A DNA stretch of 64,000 nt, taken from Alphaproteobacteria bacterium. GTDB lineage: Bacteria > Pseudomonadota > Alphaproteobacteria > JAAXGF01. The DNA lies in NCBI GenBank assembly GCA_963555825.3, contig CAUVXB020000002.1:2592001-2656000 (forward strand), in the 5' to 3' direction. The notes under the pieces are model-generated. The model saw only the letters and a program-made list of their open reading frames with translations, did no database searches and was not told the origin of the DNA. Below, piece after piece: positions 21,719-30,692 of the stretch. Each line of letters begins with the position of its first letter. The stretch's first letter is position 1. The translations under genes were made by a program, and so were the position numbers.

Positions 21719-22195
21719 TTATGCGCCGGTCCAGACCAGATCGAAATACTCGCACACGACGTCGTGGTCCTCGCGCCAGTCGACGCCCCATCGGGCGCAC
21801 TGCTTCTCGAAATAGCGCCGATGGACCGTCGCCCAATAATCGCGGCTCAAATCACCTTCGCCCTCGGCGACGGCGAGTTCGGGGCCGACCGCGTCGAACG
21901 GCGCGACCTCGACCTTCGTGACGCGCACGATGCAGAGCGTTGCGCCGGCCTCGTCGAGCACCACCAGGTAATCGCCGGGCGCGCGCCGGCGCACGCCGTT
22001 GCGCGCGAAATCGAGCGCCAGATGACAGGTCGCCCGCTTCTCGCCGCTCCGCGCCAGACGGCCGATCTTGCCGACGTTGGCGCTTAAGCCCGGGTCGGCG
22101 AAGGTCGCGGCGTGATAGTCGGCATGCGGCGTATCCGTTGCCGCGCGGAACGCCTGCCAGTATGCCTCGACGTCGGGCGTCTTCTCGCCGATCAT
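21719..22195 (-). CDS. ASCH-domain protein
   Basis: SGEKRATC, AVAEGEGDLSRDYW...HRRYF, VVCEYF. Confidence 0.88.
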   Translation of the reverse strand: MIGEKTPDVEAYWQAFRAATDTPHADYHAATFADPGLSANVGKIGRLARSGEKRATCHLALDFARNGVRRRAPGDYLVVLDEAGATLCIVRVTKVEVAPFDAVGPELAVAEGEGDLSRDYWATVHRRYFEKQCARWGVDWREDHDVVCEYFDLVWTGA

Positions 22196-22335
22196 GCGGT
22201 GATTCCTTCGCGTCGCGTCCGCCACCAGACTAACCGGTTTACACGGCCGCGTGTAGCGCATGGGAGGGTCGCCCAGGTTCCCTATCGCACGCGGCGCGCG
22301 CCGATGATAAAGCTCAAGGCCGGGGAGGCGAGGCC

Positions 22336-23259
22336 ATGATGCGCGCGCGACGCAATACGGCGCTGGTGGACGAACCTGGCGCGACGGCCGACAACACCGC
22401 CGGCAGCCTGCAGACCGGCATCCTGTTGATGCTCGCCTCGGGCGTCGTCTTCGCGCTGCTCGACACCGGCGCCAAATACCTGACCGCGGACTACCACGTG
22501 TTCCAGGTCGTCTGGGGCCGCTACTTCTTCTCGATGGCGCTGCTGCCGATGATCGTCGGCCGGGTCAACCCGATGCGTGTCGCGCGCACCAAGCATCTGA
22601 CGCTGCAGATCGTCCGCTCGCTGCTGCTGCTTGCCGCCACCGCCTTCTTCTTCACGGCGCTCCGTTTCATCCCGCTCGCCGACGCCACGGCGATCAGCTT
22701 CGTCGCGCCGCTGCTGCTCACCATGCTGGCGATCCCGCTGCTCGGCGAGACCGTCGGCCGGCGGCGCTGGAGCGCCGTGATCGTCGGCCTGATCGGCGCC
22801 TTGATCGTCATCCGGCCGGGCTTCGGATTAGCCGGTTGGGCGACCTTGCTGCCGCTCTGCTCGGCGCTCGCCTACACGCTCTACCAAATCGCCACGCGCA
22901 AGCTCTGCGCGGTCGACCCGCCGGTCACCATCTTCCTCTACACCGGCATCGTCGGCACGGCGGTGATGACCGCGGTGGTGCCGTTCTTCTGGTCCTGGCC
23001 GACGCTTGGCGGCTGGCTTCTGATGATCGCGCTCGGCGTGCTCGGCGGCGGCGGCCACTATCTGGTGATCCAGGCGTTCCGGCGCGCGCCGGCATCGGCG
23101 CTGTCGCCCTTCACCTTCGCCGTCATCATCTGGACGACGCTCTCCGGCTATCTGGTGTTCGGCGACGTGCCCGACGCGCCGACCATCGCCGGCGCCGGGG
23201 TGATCATCTTGAGCGGCGTCTACGTCTTCTACCGCGAGCGCGTCGTCAAACTGAACTAG
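22336..23259 (+). CDS. DMT/EamA-family transporter
   Basis: About 10 TM helices; PLADATAISFVAPL, LGETVGRRRW. Confidence 0.9.
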   Translation: MMRARRNTALVDEPGATADNTAGSLQTGILLMLASGVVFALLDTGAKYLTADYHVFQVVWGRYFFSMALLPMIVGRVNPMRVARTKHLTLQIVRSLLLLAATAFFFTALRFIPLADATAISFVAPLLLTMLAIPLLGETVGRRRWSAVIVGLIGALIVIRPGFGLAGWATLLPLCSALAYTLYQIATRKLCAVDPPVTIFLYTGIVGTAVMTAVVPFFWSWPTLGGWLLMIALGVLGGGGHYLVIQAFRRAPASALSPFTFAVIIWTTLSGYLVFGDVPDAPTIAGAGVIILSGVYVFYRERVVKLN

Positions 23260-24170
23260 CCGGCCTGCTCGGCGACGACGGCCGGCCAGTCCTTTTCGGC
23301 CCGCCACCCCAAAAGGTCGCGGGCGCGCGTCGTGTCGATCGCGCTGGCGTCGGGCCGGGCGGCATAGCGCGCCGGATTGCGCAGCTCGGGCAGCGCGCCA
23401 TAGACCGCGCGTATGTGGTCGAGCGTCGCCGCGTTGCCGACCGAATCGGCGGCCGCGACGTTGGCGACGAGCGACGGCAGCCCCTCGAACTCGAGCGCGC
23501 GGCGGAACGCCCGCGCGGCGTCGCGCGTGGTCACGTAGGAACGCAGCACCGGCAGGCCGTCGTAGGGCTGGGGCGTTTCATCACCGGGCTCGAGCGCGAC
23601 CACGCCGCGCGCCGCCAGGAACGCGAGCTGCTCGACGATGGCGCCGACCGCCTCGGGACGCACGATCAGCGTCGGGCGCAGGCACAGGGTCTCCATCCGG
23701 CCGCGCCGCGCGAAGCTTGCCGCGACGGTCTCGACGAGCAGCTTGGTCAGCCCGGAGACACCCGAAGGACGTGGCGGGTGGTCTTCGTCGATCGGCAGAT
23801 AGAACGGCGGCTTGTCGCGCGGACCGAGGCCCTGGGCGGCACTCGAGGAGGCCAGCACGACCTTACGGATGCCGAGTTCATGGGCCGCGTGCAGCACGTT
23901 CCAGCTGCCCTGCACGTTGGTCTCGAAATAGGTCTTGTCGGTCGCCGGCACGCCGTCGTCGATCGCCGCCAGATGGACCACCGCGTCGTGGCCGGCGAGC
24001 GCCGCGGCGACCGCGTCGAGGTCGAGCACGTCCACCGCGGCATAGGCGATGCCGGCGGCCGGCGTCGCGATGTCGAGCACCGTGACCTGGGCATGGCCCG
24101 CGAGTTCCTCGACGACATAACGCCCGAGGCGCCCACTGCCGCCGGTCACCGCGACGCGATCGAACTTCAT
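23256..24170 (-). CDS. NAD-dependent epimerase/dehydratase (extended SDR)
   Basis: VAVTGGSGRLG, VVHLAA, ASS; the YxxxK position reads SGLTK. Confidence 0.85.
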   Translation of the reverse strand: MKFDRVAVTGGSGRLGRYVVEELAGHAQVTVLDIATPAAGIAYAAVDVLDLDAVAAALAGHDAVVHLAAIDDGVPATDKTYFETNVQGSWNVLHAAHELGIRKVVLASSSAAQGLGPRDKPPFYLPIDEDHPPRPSGVSGLTKLLVETVAASFARRGRMETLCLRPTLIVRPEAVGAIVEQLAFLAARGVVALEPGDETPQPYDGLPVLRSYVTTRDAARAFRRALEFEGLPSLVANVAAADSVGNAATLDHIRAVYGALPELRNPARYAARPDASAIDTTRARDLLGWRAEKDWPAVVAEQAG

Positions 24171-24440
24171 GGTCGGCCCTCCCTTCGGTGCCGCGTCCTT
24201 TGTAGCCTGTCGCGATGGCGCCGGGAACGGTGGTGTCGCGGTTTGAAGTTTGACGTGGCTCGAAAGCAAGAAACTGCGGCGTATGCCGGCTGATCGTCCG
24301 AGAGCGGCCATCGTTCTGGTACGGCCATTGAGTCCGGGTGTAAGCAGGAACGGACCTAAGATTAAGAGTTGGAAATACGGAAATTTCCAAATTTAAGGCT
24401 TGTGGAAATCCTTTTCGATAATACCCACCTTGCAATCGCC

Positions 24441-26021
24441 TCATTCGAAATACTGTTTTACTGCCTTCTGGTATTGCTCGAAGTTGAATTGCTGATACCA
24501 CCCGGCGAATGCGCCCATCCCTTTCCCATCGGCCTCTCGGCCGTGTTTTGAGAGCAGAACGGCGTAATCGCGTAGGGTTTCAGAGGGGTCGAATCCGAGA
24601 TCCCCGCTTTCGGAACTGTTCCAGCTTTGGCGGAGCCGCACTATCCCTTGGTCGATTTCCATCGCCTTGGCGTCGTTGCCCGTCTTCCTCAGGAGTGCGG
24701 CATAACGCTCCAGGCTTAACAGCACGCCCCGCGCCAGCCTGATCACCATCTGCTGCGAGCGGTCGCCGAGGTCGTACGCCTTCTTGTAGTCTCCGAGCGC
24801 GATTTCATGTTGGCCGAGGGTTTCGTACGCGTAAGCCCTGTTGGCGAAGGCACGGGGATAATCCGGCTTCAAGCGGATCGCGGCATCAAAATCCCGGATC
24901 GCCGAATCTGGCTGACCTGTCTGGCCATAAGAGGCGCCCCGGTTAAGAAAGGCCGTGCCGAGTTGATCGTTGCCTAGGTTCCCTTCGTCGATGCAGCGCG
25001 AGAAGTGTTCAATCGCCAGATCGTGGTCTTGGGCGGTGACTGCCACGGCGCCTTTGAGGCAGTACTCTATATTCACCGCCGATGCGGTGGTCGGTGGCCC
25101 CCGCTCGAGAAGCTGATCCGCCTCAGCATCCCCGCCCTGGGCACGATACGTCTTTGCCAAGTTGCTGAGGCTCTGAGCCACGGCGGGATCGTCCGGGCCG
25201 AGGGCCTTCTCTCGGATCGCCAATGCGCGTTTGTATAGCGGCTCGGCGTCGGCGTAGCGGCCCTGGGTGGAGTACAGCACGGCGAGGTTGTTGAGGCTCG
25301 TGGCGACGTCGGGATGCTCTCGTCCGAGGGCCTGTTCTTTGATGTCCAGCGCACGTTTGTAGAGCGGTTCCGCATCGTCATAACGGCCTAGGTCTGCGTA
25401 CAGTTTGGCGAGGTTGTTGAGCAGTCTCGCCGTATTGCGATGGTCGGGGCCGAACTCCCGCTCACCGAGTTCGAGCGCCTTACGAAAAGCCGGAATAGCC
25501 TGCTCGAATTGGCCGGCCTCGTAGAGGGCCTGACCTTCGCGGTAGACGTCCATGCGCCACCACTTCATCGCCTGGGCGTAGCTCCCCGGCATGCCCCGGC
25601 CCTCGTGGTAGATACGGCCTAGGCCCCTTTGGGCCCCAGGGTGACCTTGGTCAGCCGCTAAGCGGATCCACCTCAACGCCTCGGCATAGTCCTGCGGGAC
25701 GCCCTGGCCCTTTTCGTACATACGACCGAGGGAGGATTGGGCCCCGGCATGGCCCCAGTTGGCTGCCATACGAAACCACTTCGCCGCCTCGGTGTAGTCC
25801 CGTGGCACGCCTTTGCCGTAATAGTACATGGCGCCGAGGCCGACCTGGGCTCTGGCGTTGCCCTGCTTGGCAAGTGGACGCAATTCGAGGAGGGCCGTTG
25901 CGTAGTCTCCGCGTTTGTACGCTGCTATGCCCTCGTAATAGTCCGCATTGGCGGGCACGACGCCCGCGGGCGAGAGCCACAGGACGAAGAGGACAAGTTT
26001 GAGCGCCCGACGGATGATCAT
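24441..26021 (-). CDS. Exported Sel1 + TPR repeat protein
   Basis: Signal peptide; Sel1 repeats (AQ..LG.MY..G.GVP.DY.EA.KW); kinesin-light-chain-type TPRs (LNNLA.LY...GRY.DAEPLYKRAL); further TPRs. Confidence 0.9.
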   Translation of the reverse strand: MIIRRALKLVLFVLWLSPAGVVPANADYYEGIAAYKRGDYATALLELRPLAKQGNARAQVGLGAMYYYGKGVPRDYTEAAKWFRMAANWGHAGAQSSLGRMYEKGQGVPQDYAEALRWIRLAADQGHPGAQRGLGRIYHEGRGMPGSYAQAMKWWRMDVYREGQALYEAGQFEQAIPAFRKALELGEREFGPDHRNTARLLNNLAKLYADLGRYDDAEPLYKRALDIKEQALGREHPDVATSLNNLAVLYSTQGRYADAEPLYKRALAIREKALGPDDPAVAQSLSNLAKTYRAQGGDAEADQLLERGPPTTASAVNIEYCLKGAVAVTAQDHDLAIEHFSRCIDEGNLGNDQLGTAFLNRGASYGQTGQPDSAIRDFDAAIRLKPDYPRAFANRAYAYETLGQHEIALGDYKKAYDLGDRSQQMVIRLARGVLLSLERYAALLRKTGNDAKAMEIDQGIVRLRQSWNSSESGDLGFDPSETLRDYAVLLSKHGREADGKGMGAFAGWYQQFNFEQYQKAVKQYFE

Positions 26022-26090
26022 TCTCCACTGCCCTTCTGTTCGTTGAGGGCGTTGATCGAGATGCTATCACACTGAGGCGCGTGATTCACC

Positions 26091-26274
26091 GATGCCCGTT
26101 CCGGCTCAAAAGCCGCTGTGCCGATGGCCGTGCGTCGAGGTCCGCTGTCGCGCGCAACGCAGACATGATCCGCTGAAAAGCCGACATTCCGGGCGATGAT
26201 TCGACTGAATTTCAAACCGACAGACCACCCGGGGGAACCGCGCCATGCCACGGTACGTGAGACCGACGCGCCGC
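26091..26274. repeat. Diverged ~180-bp direct repeat, copy 1 (copy 2 at 28820-29000)
   Basis: Collinear blocks ccggctc..agc.gctgtgccgatg, gctgtcg.gcgcaac..agacatga.ccgct.aaaagccgac.ttccgggcgatgat, gaatttcaaac, tgccacgg.acgtg.gaccgacgcg. Confidence 0.85.
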
Positions 26275-26366
26275 GCAGATACCACCTCAAAGGGCTTCTT
26301 TACTCAAGGGCGTTTCTGACCGTCCGGCGGAAGCGATCAAGCAGGCGCGCGTCCGAAAACCGAAAA

Positions 26367-27614
26367 TCATTCGCCATGATAAGTCCGAATTTCGTCTTGG
26401 AGTGATTTGTCTCTCGAACCCGCGTCGAGGGCAGCGGCTGCGAGGATCGCCGCGCAATCGCCCGTCGGCGGATAGATGCGCTGAGAGTTGATCTGGTGTT
26501 TGAGCTGCTTGGCCTCGTCCCGGGTCAATTCGACTCGGCGATCCCAGCCCGTCGTGAACACCGCCCCCCACGATCCCAAATCGAGGCAGGTGACGTATCT
26601 GGGCTGGCGGTAGGCCCGAAGCGGCAGGCCGAGGAGGTCGCGCGCTGTGTTGTAGCCGGCGAAGCGGCCCATGGTCAGGGCGTGTTGGCAGGACATCAGC
26701 GCCAGGCGATCGTCGTCGGCGTAGGCCCGCGCGATATCGCCGGTGGCGTAGACATCCGGGACCCCTCGAACGCGGAGCGCCTCGTCCACCGCGAGCCGGC
26801 CAATCTCGTCGCGCTCGGTGCCCAGCAGTTGCGCCAATGCGCTGGCGCGCAGCCCGGCGGTGACGACCACGGTCGCGGCGCCGATTCGCTCGCCGTCGCC
26901 GAGGACCACCGAATCGGAAGCGATACGTGCGACGCGGGTGCCGGTTCGCGTCTCGACGCTGGCGGAACGCAGGGCTTCCGCGATAAAGGGGCGCGGGTTG
27001 TCGCCGAGATTGCGGCCGATGACGTCGGATCGATCGACCAGTATGACCCGCGCCGCCGCGGCCGCCGCCTCGCCCGCATGGACCGCGATGCGGCATCGCA
27101 TCTCCATGGCGAGCTCGATGCCGGTGAAGCCACCGCCGATGATGACGAATGTGTCGTTGCCCGGGGTCCCGGGGTTCGCCGTCACCGTTCGAAGGTGGCG
27201 GTCGAAGGCGAGAGCGGCGTCGTAGGTGTCGATGTTCCAGCTGTGCTCGGCTATCCCCGGGATCGGCGGCGAATGGAGCGCGCTTCCCGTCGCCAGGACG
27301 AGCCGGTCGTAGCTAAGCACGATCTGGCCGCCGGAAGCTGCCGTCGCCGACACCGTATGTCGCTCGGCGTCGATGGCCGTGACGGTCGCTTCGACCAGTG
27401 CCACGCCGACGGGATCGAGTACCGGCCGCAGCGGGGTTCGCAACGTCTCGGGATCCCGTTCGTACAGTCGCGGGCGCACGGTGAGATAGCCGTCCCGCGA
27501 GACCAGGGTAACGCTTGTCCCGTTGCCCTCGCGGGCCTCCTCGATTTCGCGCTTCGCGGCGAGGGCCGCCCAGAGTCCGGCGAAGCCGCCGCCGACGATC
27601 AGAATCTTGTTCAT
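26367..27614 (-). CDS. FAD/NAD(P)-dependent oxidoreductase (type II NADH dehydrogenase-like)
   Basis: ILIVGGGFAG, YDRLVLATGS, IIGGGFTGIELA, YATGD, MSCQHA. Confidence 0.9.
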   Translation of the reverse strand: MNKILIVGGGFAGLWAALAAKREIEEAREGNGTSVTLVSRDGYLTVRPRLYERDPETLRTPLRPVLDPVGVALVEATVTAIDAERHTVSATAASGGQIVLSYDRLVLATGSALHSPPIPGIAEHSWNIDTYDAALAFDRHLRTVTANPGTPGNDTFVIIGGGFTGIELAMEMRCRIAVHAGEAAAAAARVILVDRSDVIGRNLGDNPRPFIAEALRSASVETRTGTRVARIASDSVVLGDGERIGAATVVVTAGLRASALAQLLGTERDEIGRLAVDEALRVRGVPDVYATGDIARAYADDDRLALMSCQHALTMGRFAGYNTARDLLGLPLRAYRQPRYVTCLDLGSWGAVFTTGWDRRVELTRDEAKQLKHQINSQRIYPPTGDCAAILAAAALDAGSRDKSLQDEIRTYHGE

Positions 27615-27710
27615 TTTTGCGCCTCCCTACGAGGACATATCGTCTTAGGTGTCGCTGATAAAATGGGGCCCGTTGGGCCTTGTGCGCAAAGCATCATTTC
27701 TCTACGTTGC

Positions 27711-27725
27711 CTGAGAAAATCTCAG
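27711..27725. promoter_or_regulatory. Putative LysR operator (T-N11-A)
   Basis: Palindrome ctgag-aaaat-ctcag in the divergent intergenic region just before the LysR gene. Confidence 0.6.
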
Positions 27726-27742
27726 ACTAACGGAGCCTTGCG

Positions 27743-28699
27743 ATGGCGCGCCGACTACCGCCCCTGAATGCGCTCAAGGCCTTCGAGGCCGCCGCACGGA
27801 ACGAGAGCTTTACGCGTGCGGCAGAGGAACTCTGCGTCACGCAGGGGGCTGTCAGCCATCAGGTGAAAGCGCTCGAAGCGGAGTTGGGCCTCAAGCTCTT
27901 CATTCGCGAGCCGCAAAGGCTCGTCATCACCGAAGCGGGACGCGACTATCTCGTTGTGGTGCGCGATGCATTGGACCGTATCGCCGTCGGAACCGAGCGG
28001 CTGCTCCAGCGGCAGAGTGCGGGGGTCCTCACTGTCAGCACGTCCCCCAACTTTGCCTCGAAGTGGCTCGTGCATCGTCTTGGCCGTTTTGCTGACGTCC
28101 ACCCATCGATCGACCTCAGGGTCAGCGCCACGCTTCACAATGTCGATTTCGCGCGCGAGGATATCGACGTCGCGGTCAGGGGCCTGCCCTCATCTCTCCT
28201 TACGACCCGGCACGGCGATAGAATTTCGCCAGGGCTCGAGGTCACACTACTCTGCACAGAGGAGCTTTTCCCGGTATGCAGCCCCAAGTTCCTGCGCGGC
28301 CGGCATGCCTTGCGCAGACCTTCGGACCTGGCCCATCATACGCTCCTGCATCTCGACCATCGTCAGGATTGGTCCAAGTGGCTCGATGCCGCCGGTGTCA
28401 ACGACGCCGACCTGTCGCGCGGCCCTGTCCTCAACCAGGCGAGCATGGTTGTTGATGCCGCGGTAGATGGTCAGGGCGTGGCGCTGGCGCGAACGGCCCT
28501 TGCGGCACAAGACCTAATTCGTGGCCGTCTCGTGCGTCCCTTCCCGCTGGCGCTGCCCGTTCCCTATGCTTATTGGATCGTCTGCCCGAAGGCGACGGCG
28601 AAGCTGCCCAAGATTGTGACCTTCCGAGAATGGCTCCTCGCCGAGGCAGCCGAAGAAGCGCAGCGCTTGCGGGAGATCGCACCAAAAGCCGCGCGCTGA
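27743..28699 (+). CDS. LysR-family regulator, GcvA-like
   Basis: MARRLPPLNALKAFEAAAR..SFTRAAEELCVTQGAVSHQVKALE. Confidence 0.93.
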   Translation: MARRLPPLNALKAFEAAARNESFTRAAEELCVTQGAVSHQVKALEAELGLKLFIREPQRLVITEAGRDYLVVVRDALDRIAVGTERLLQRQSAGVLTVSTSPNFASKWLVHRLGRFADVHPSIDLRVSATLHNVDFAREDIDVAVRGLPSSLLTTRHGDRISPGLEVTLLCTEELFPVCSPKFLRGRHALRRPSDLAHHTLLHLDHRQDWSKWLDAAGVNDADLSRGPVLNQASMVVDAAVDGQGVALARTALAAQDLIRGRLVRPFPLALPVPYAYWIVCPKATAKLPKIVTFREWLLAEAAEEAQRLREIAPKAAR

Positions 28700-28819
28700 C
28701 GGATCTCGGTTGATATCGGTCCCGCCTCAGCCTTTCGATTGTCACAACGCCGGATCGCATGGTCTGCCCGAGCAATCTCCGATCATAGCCAGCAAAGCGG
28801 CCGGGTTCAAAACTATGTG

Positions 28820-29000
28820 GATGACTGCCCCGGCTCGATAGCGGCTGTGCCGATGACCGCGCCACGGTCTGCTGTCGGGCGCAACATAGACATGACCCGC
28901 TAAAAAGCCGACGTTCCGGGCGATGATCGAGCAGAATTTCAAACTGAGGCACGACCCCGGAAATCGGGCCTTGCCACGGGACGTGCGACCGACGCGTCGC
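28820..29000. repeat. Diverged ~180-bp direct repeat, copy 2
   Basis: Collinear similarity with 26091-26274. Confidence 0.85.
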
Positions 29001-29058
29001 ATGGTGTAAAATCGGCGCATCGGGGTATTGGCTTGCCGGCGAGGTCGGGAGGGGACGC

Positions 29059-30057
29059 ATGCGAAGCCGATTGACTGTGGCCGTGGTCGCCGTGGCGTGC
29101 CTCGTCGGGGCGCCCGGCGGCGCCTGGGCGCTCGAAGAGACCGTGCCGCCGGTCGGCACCGATCACGAGATGACCCTCGCCGAGCTGCGCTATTGCATAT
29201 TTCAGGGCGTGCGGCTGAAGAGCGCGAACGACGCGCTCGACGCGAGCTCGAGGCTCGAGATCGATCGGTTCAACGAATGGGTCGACGACTGGAACGCGCG
29301 CTGCGCGAGCTACCGCCATCTGCCGTCCGACCTCGACGCGGCCGAGACGTCGGCCGTGCTCAAGCGCATGCAACTGGAAACCGAGGGCAAGGCGCTGGTC
29401 ATCGGCTTGCGCACCGCGCGCGCCGCGTCGGTCTATCACGTCACCGCGTCGGCGTTGAACCTGCGCGCCGGCCCCGACCCGAGCCAATCGATCATCGGCC
29501 GCCTCGAGCGCTTCGAGGACCTGCGCGCCACCGGCCCGACGCTCGGCGAATGGCTGCCGGTCGAGGTCGACGGCATGGCGGGCTATGTGGCGCGGGCCTA
29601 CGTCATGCAGGGCTCGGGCGAGGCGCCGCGGCGCGCCTACTGCCGCTCGATCGCCGGCGCGCGCCCCGAGAACGGCGAAATCCTCGCCGGCGAGGGCAAT
29701 GGCCGGCACGTCGTGCGTGTCACCAACGGGCACGCGAAGGACGTTCTGTTCAAGCTCAAGGACAGCGCTGGGCGCACGCGGCTCGCCTTCTACGTCGTCG
29801 CCGGCCAGACCGCCGAAATCGGCGGCGTGCCCGACGGCGAGTACCGGTTGATGTTCGCCAGCGGCGACGGCTTCAGCCGCGGCTGCAACCGCTTCATCGA
29901 CACCATGCACGCCAAGGTCTTCGACAGGCGCAAGGTTTTCGAGACCGTCGTCGAGGGCGATGCGTCGTACTTCGGCACGTTGCGCATCACGCTGCCCGTG
30001 GTCGAGGGCAGCAATGTCGCGGCTAACGACATCGACCTCGACGCGTTCGACGACTGA
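29059..30057 (+). CDS. Exported protein with bacterial SH3 domain
   Basis: Signal peptide; VTASALNLRAGP...GEWLPV...GYVARAYV; several Cys pairs. Confidence 0.8.
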   Translation: MRSRLTVAVVAVACLVGAPGGAWALEETVPPVGTDHEMTLAELRYCIFQGVRLKSANDALDASSRLEIDRFNEWVDDWNARCASYRHLPSDLDAAETSAVLKRMQLETEGKALVIGLRTARAASVYHVTASALNLRAGPDPSQSIIGRLERFEDLRATGPTLGEWLPVEVDGMAGYVARAYVMQGSGEAPRRAYCRSIAGARPENGEILAGEGNGRHVVRVTNGHAKDVLFKLKDSAGRTRLAFYVVAGQTAEIGGVPDGEYRLMFASGDGFSRGCNRFIDTMHAKVFDRRKVFETVVEGDASYFGTLRITLPVVEGSNVAANDIDLDAFDD

Positions 30058-30084
30058 TCCTTGGTATGAGCTACGGCCCGGCTC

Positions 30085-30351
30085 CTAGACCAGCTTACGG
30101 AACACGCGGATGGCGCAGACGAAGGAATCGAGCCGCATGCCGCTTTGCGTCAGGCGGTTTTCGATGCGATTGAAGTTAGGCTCGACGATGAGGCCGGCCA
30201 GGATCGCCCGGTCCATCGCCTCCTGAACCTTGTTGACGGTGTCGACGATCTGTTCGGCGATCTCGGGATCGGTCGGCTGATGGATTTCAGACACGGAGCC
30301 GGACGCTTCGACGGGTTCGGCCGTGGCCAGCATGGGAGTCACTGCATTCAT
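30085..30351 (-). CDS. Small hypothetical protein downstream of the GEMM riboswitch
   Basis: 88-aa ORF with RBS agaggaagg and coding-like codon usage. Confidence 0.65.
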   Translation of the reverse strand: MNAVTPMLATAEPVEASGSVSEIHQPTDPEIAEQIVDTVNKVQEAMDRAILAGLIVEPNFNRIENRLTQSGMRLDSFVCAIRVFRKLV

Positions 30352-30493
30352 TTCGCTGCCTTCCTCTTGTTGAATAAGTGACGGGTGCGCGTTTCACGCG
30401 CGGCGTCGGCCGTGCGCGGTCGTCGAAATGGCTGTACGGAAATGCCGCGTCCGTGACGGCGGTCGGGTGAGAACTCCAGGCGAAATCGGTCCG

Positions 30494-30580
30494 TCCTTTC
30501 GCTGGCCCCGCTACCTGACACAGGCCAGGCCGGAGGCTTTGCGTCCCGCCGTTGCCGGCGGTTTGCCATTTCGGGGAAGC
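30494..30580 (-). ncRNA. c-di-GMP-I (GEMM) riboswitch, variant
   Basis: Minus strand CGAAAUGGCAAACC-GCCG-GCAA-CGGC-GGGACGCAAAGCCUCCGGCCU...AGGUAGCGGGGCCAGCGAAAGGA closely follows the Vc2 aptamer. Confidence 0.9.
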
Positions 30581-30692
30581 CGGAACGCATCCGGGCCAGG
30601 GCCCGGCACCGCCTTCACATTCACCGATCGAGCCTAGCGCGAAGCCGGCGTTATGTCAGTGATGCCCGTCACCCGCCGCGGGCGGTTCCGGC

